A stretch of 64,000 nt of DNA, from the NCBI GenBank assembly GCA_963575745.1, contig CAUYUJ010000001.1, positions 3,348,001 to 3,412,000 of the forward strand. Direction: 5' to 3'. Positions within the stretch are counted from its first letter, which is position 1; every line of letters begins with the position of its first letter. Position numbers and translations under genes: made by a program. The notes beneath the pieces were generated by a model. It was not told the origin of the DNA and did no database searches. It worked only from the letters and a program-made list of their open reading frames with translations. Source of the DNA: Prorocentrum cordatum. Taxonomy: Eukaryota. Below are positions 63,400 to 64,000 of the stretch, piece by piece.

Positions 63400-63950
63400 A
63401 CGCGGATAAACCGATAGCAGGGCTGAGATTGCAAGGTTGGGGCTGCGGAGTCAGGGTTCGGGCGCGGCTACGCACCGAATAAACCGATACATCGATAAGC
63501 CAGTAAACGCAATTGCGCGGACCGAGGCGTTTGGGAGCGGTTCTCAGGGCTGGGGCATGACTTCGCACCGAATAAACCGATACACCGACAAACGCGATCA
63601 AAACTGAAAACGGGGGCGAAGGACGGGTTTGGCGGTGGTGGCAGGGGCGTGGCTACGCACCAAACAAACCGATCAACCGATCAACCGATAAACGCCATTG
63701 CGCATGCCGAGATGTCAGGGCGGTGTCCTTAGGGCTGGAGCATCGCTACGCGTCGAATGCGCCGATAAGCCGATAAATCTGTAGACGCAGTCGGAATTGA
63801 AAGCCCAAGGGACGAGTTCATTGGTTTACCGGTTCGTGCGATTATCGACCGATCAACCGATATGAAAATATCGGTTTATCGATCCACGAACAGGTAAACC
63901 GATAAACCGATAAATGATTTCGGTTTATCGGTTTATCGGTTTAGTGGTTT
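63400..63950. repeat. AAACCGAT 8-bp motif cluster; inverse cluster at 59800-59960
   Basis: taaaccgataaaccgataaa / cggtttatcggtttatcggttt. Confidence 0.75.
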
Positions 63951-64000
63951 TTGTTTGTACTCCTGCGCCTGCAATGCATGCGTGTGTATGTGTATATATA

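Overview
GC-rich, extremely repetitive eukaryotic DNA. A dinoflagellate-like origin is inferred from GC-type splice donors, a gccATGG start context and TTTAGGG/CCCTAA-like tracts; this is not proven. Only one convincing protein-coding gene is present: a three-exon, minus-strand ferric reductase/NOX-family flavocytochrome (about 854 aa; 6258-6252, 5986-4811, 3701-2320) with an extra N-terminal multi-TM module. Almost all other long ORFs are artefacts of micro- and minisatellites. The main hidden structure is that much of the apparent satellite DNA is packaged in non-autonomous elements with a shared terminal grammar: a short inverted repeat at the very 5' end, its complement about 20 nt inside the 3' end, then a mini-hairpin (often with a GNA triloop), no target-site duplication, and head-to-tail junctions sharing one T. 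This resembles Helentron/Helitron2 (HINE/DINE-like) rolling-circle elements, and at least four subfamilies are visible. One such element (3702-4825) sits in the reductase coding sequence. Its precise removal restores WFVYWLQ, and its own termini supply a GC donor and an AG acceptor, so it is a candidate rolling-circle-derived new intron that adds 5 codons. Also present: two TA-flanked MITEs, decayed LINE (APE-RT), DIRS-like RNase H and possible gag-protease relics, a 99-bp purine minisatellite, a recent ~2.1-kb-offset duplication and interstitial telomere-like repeats.
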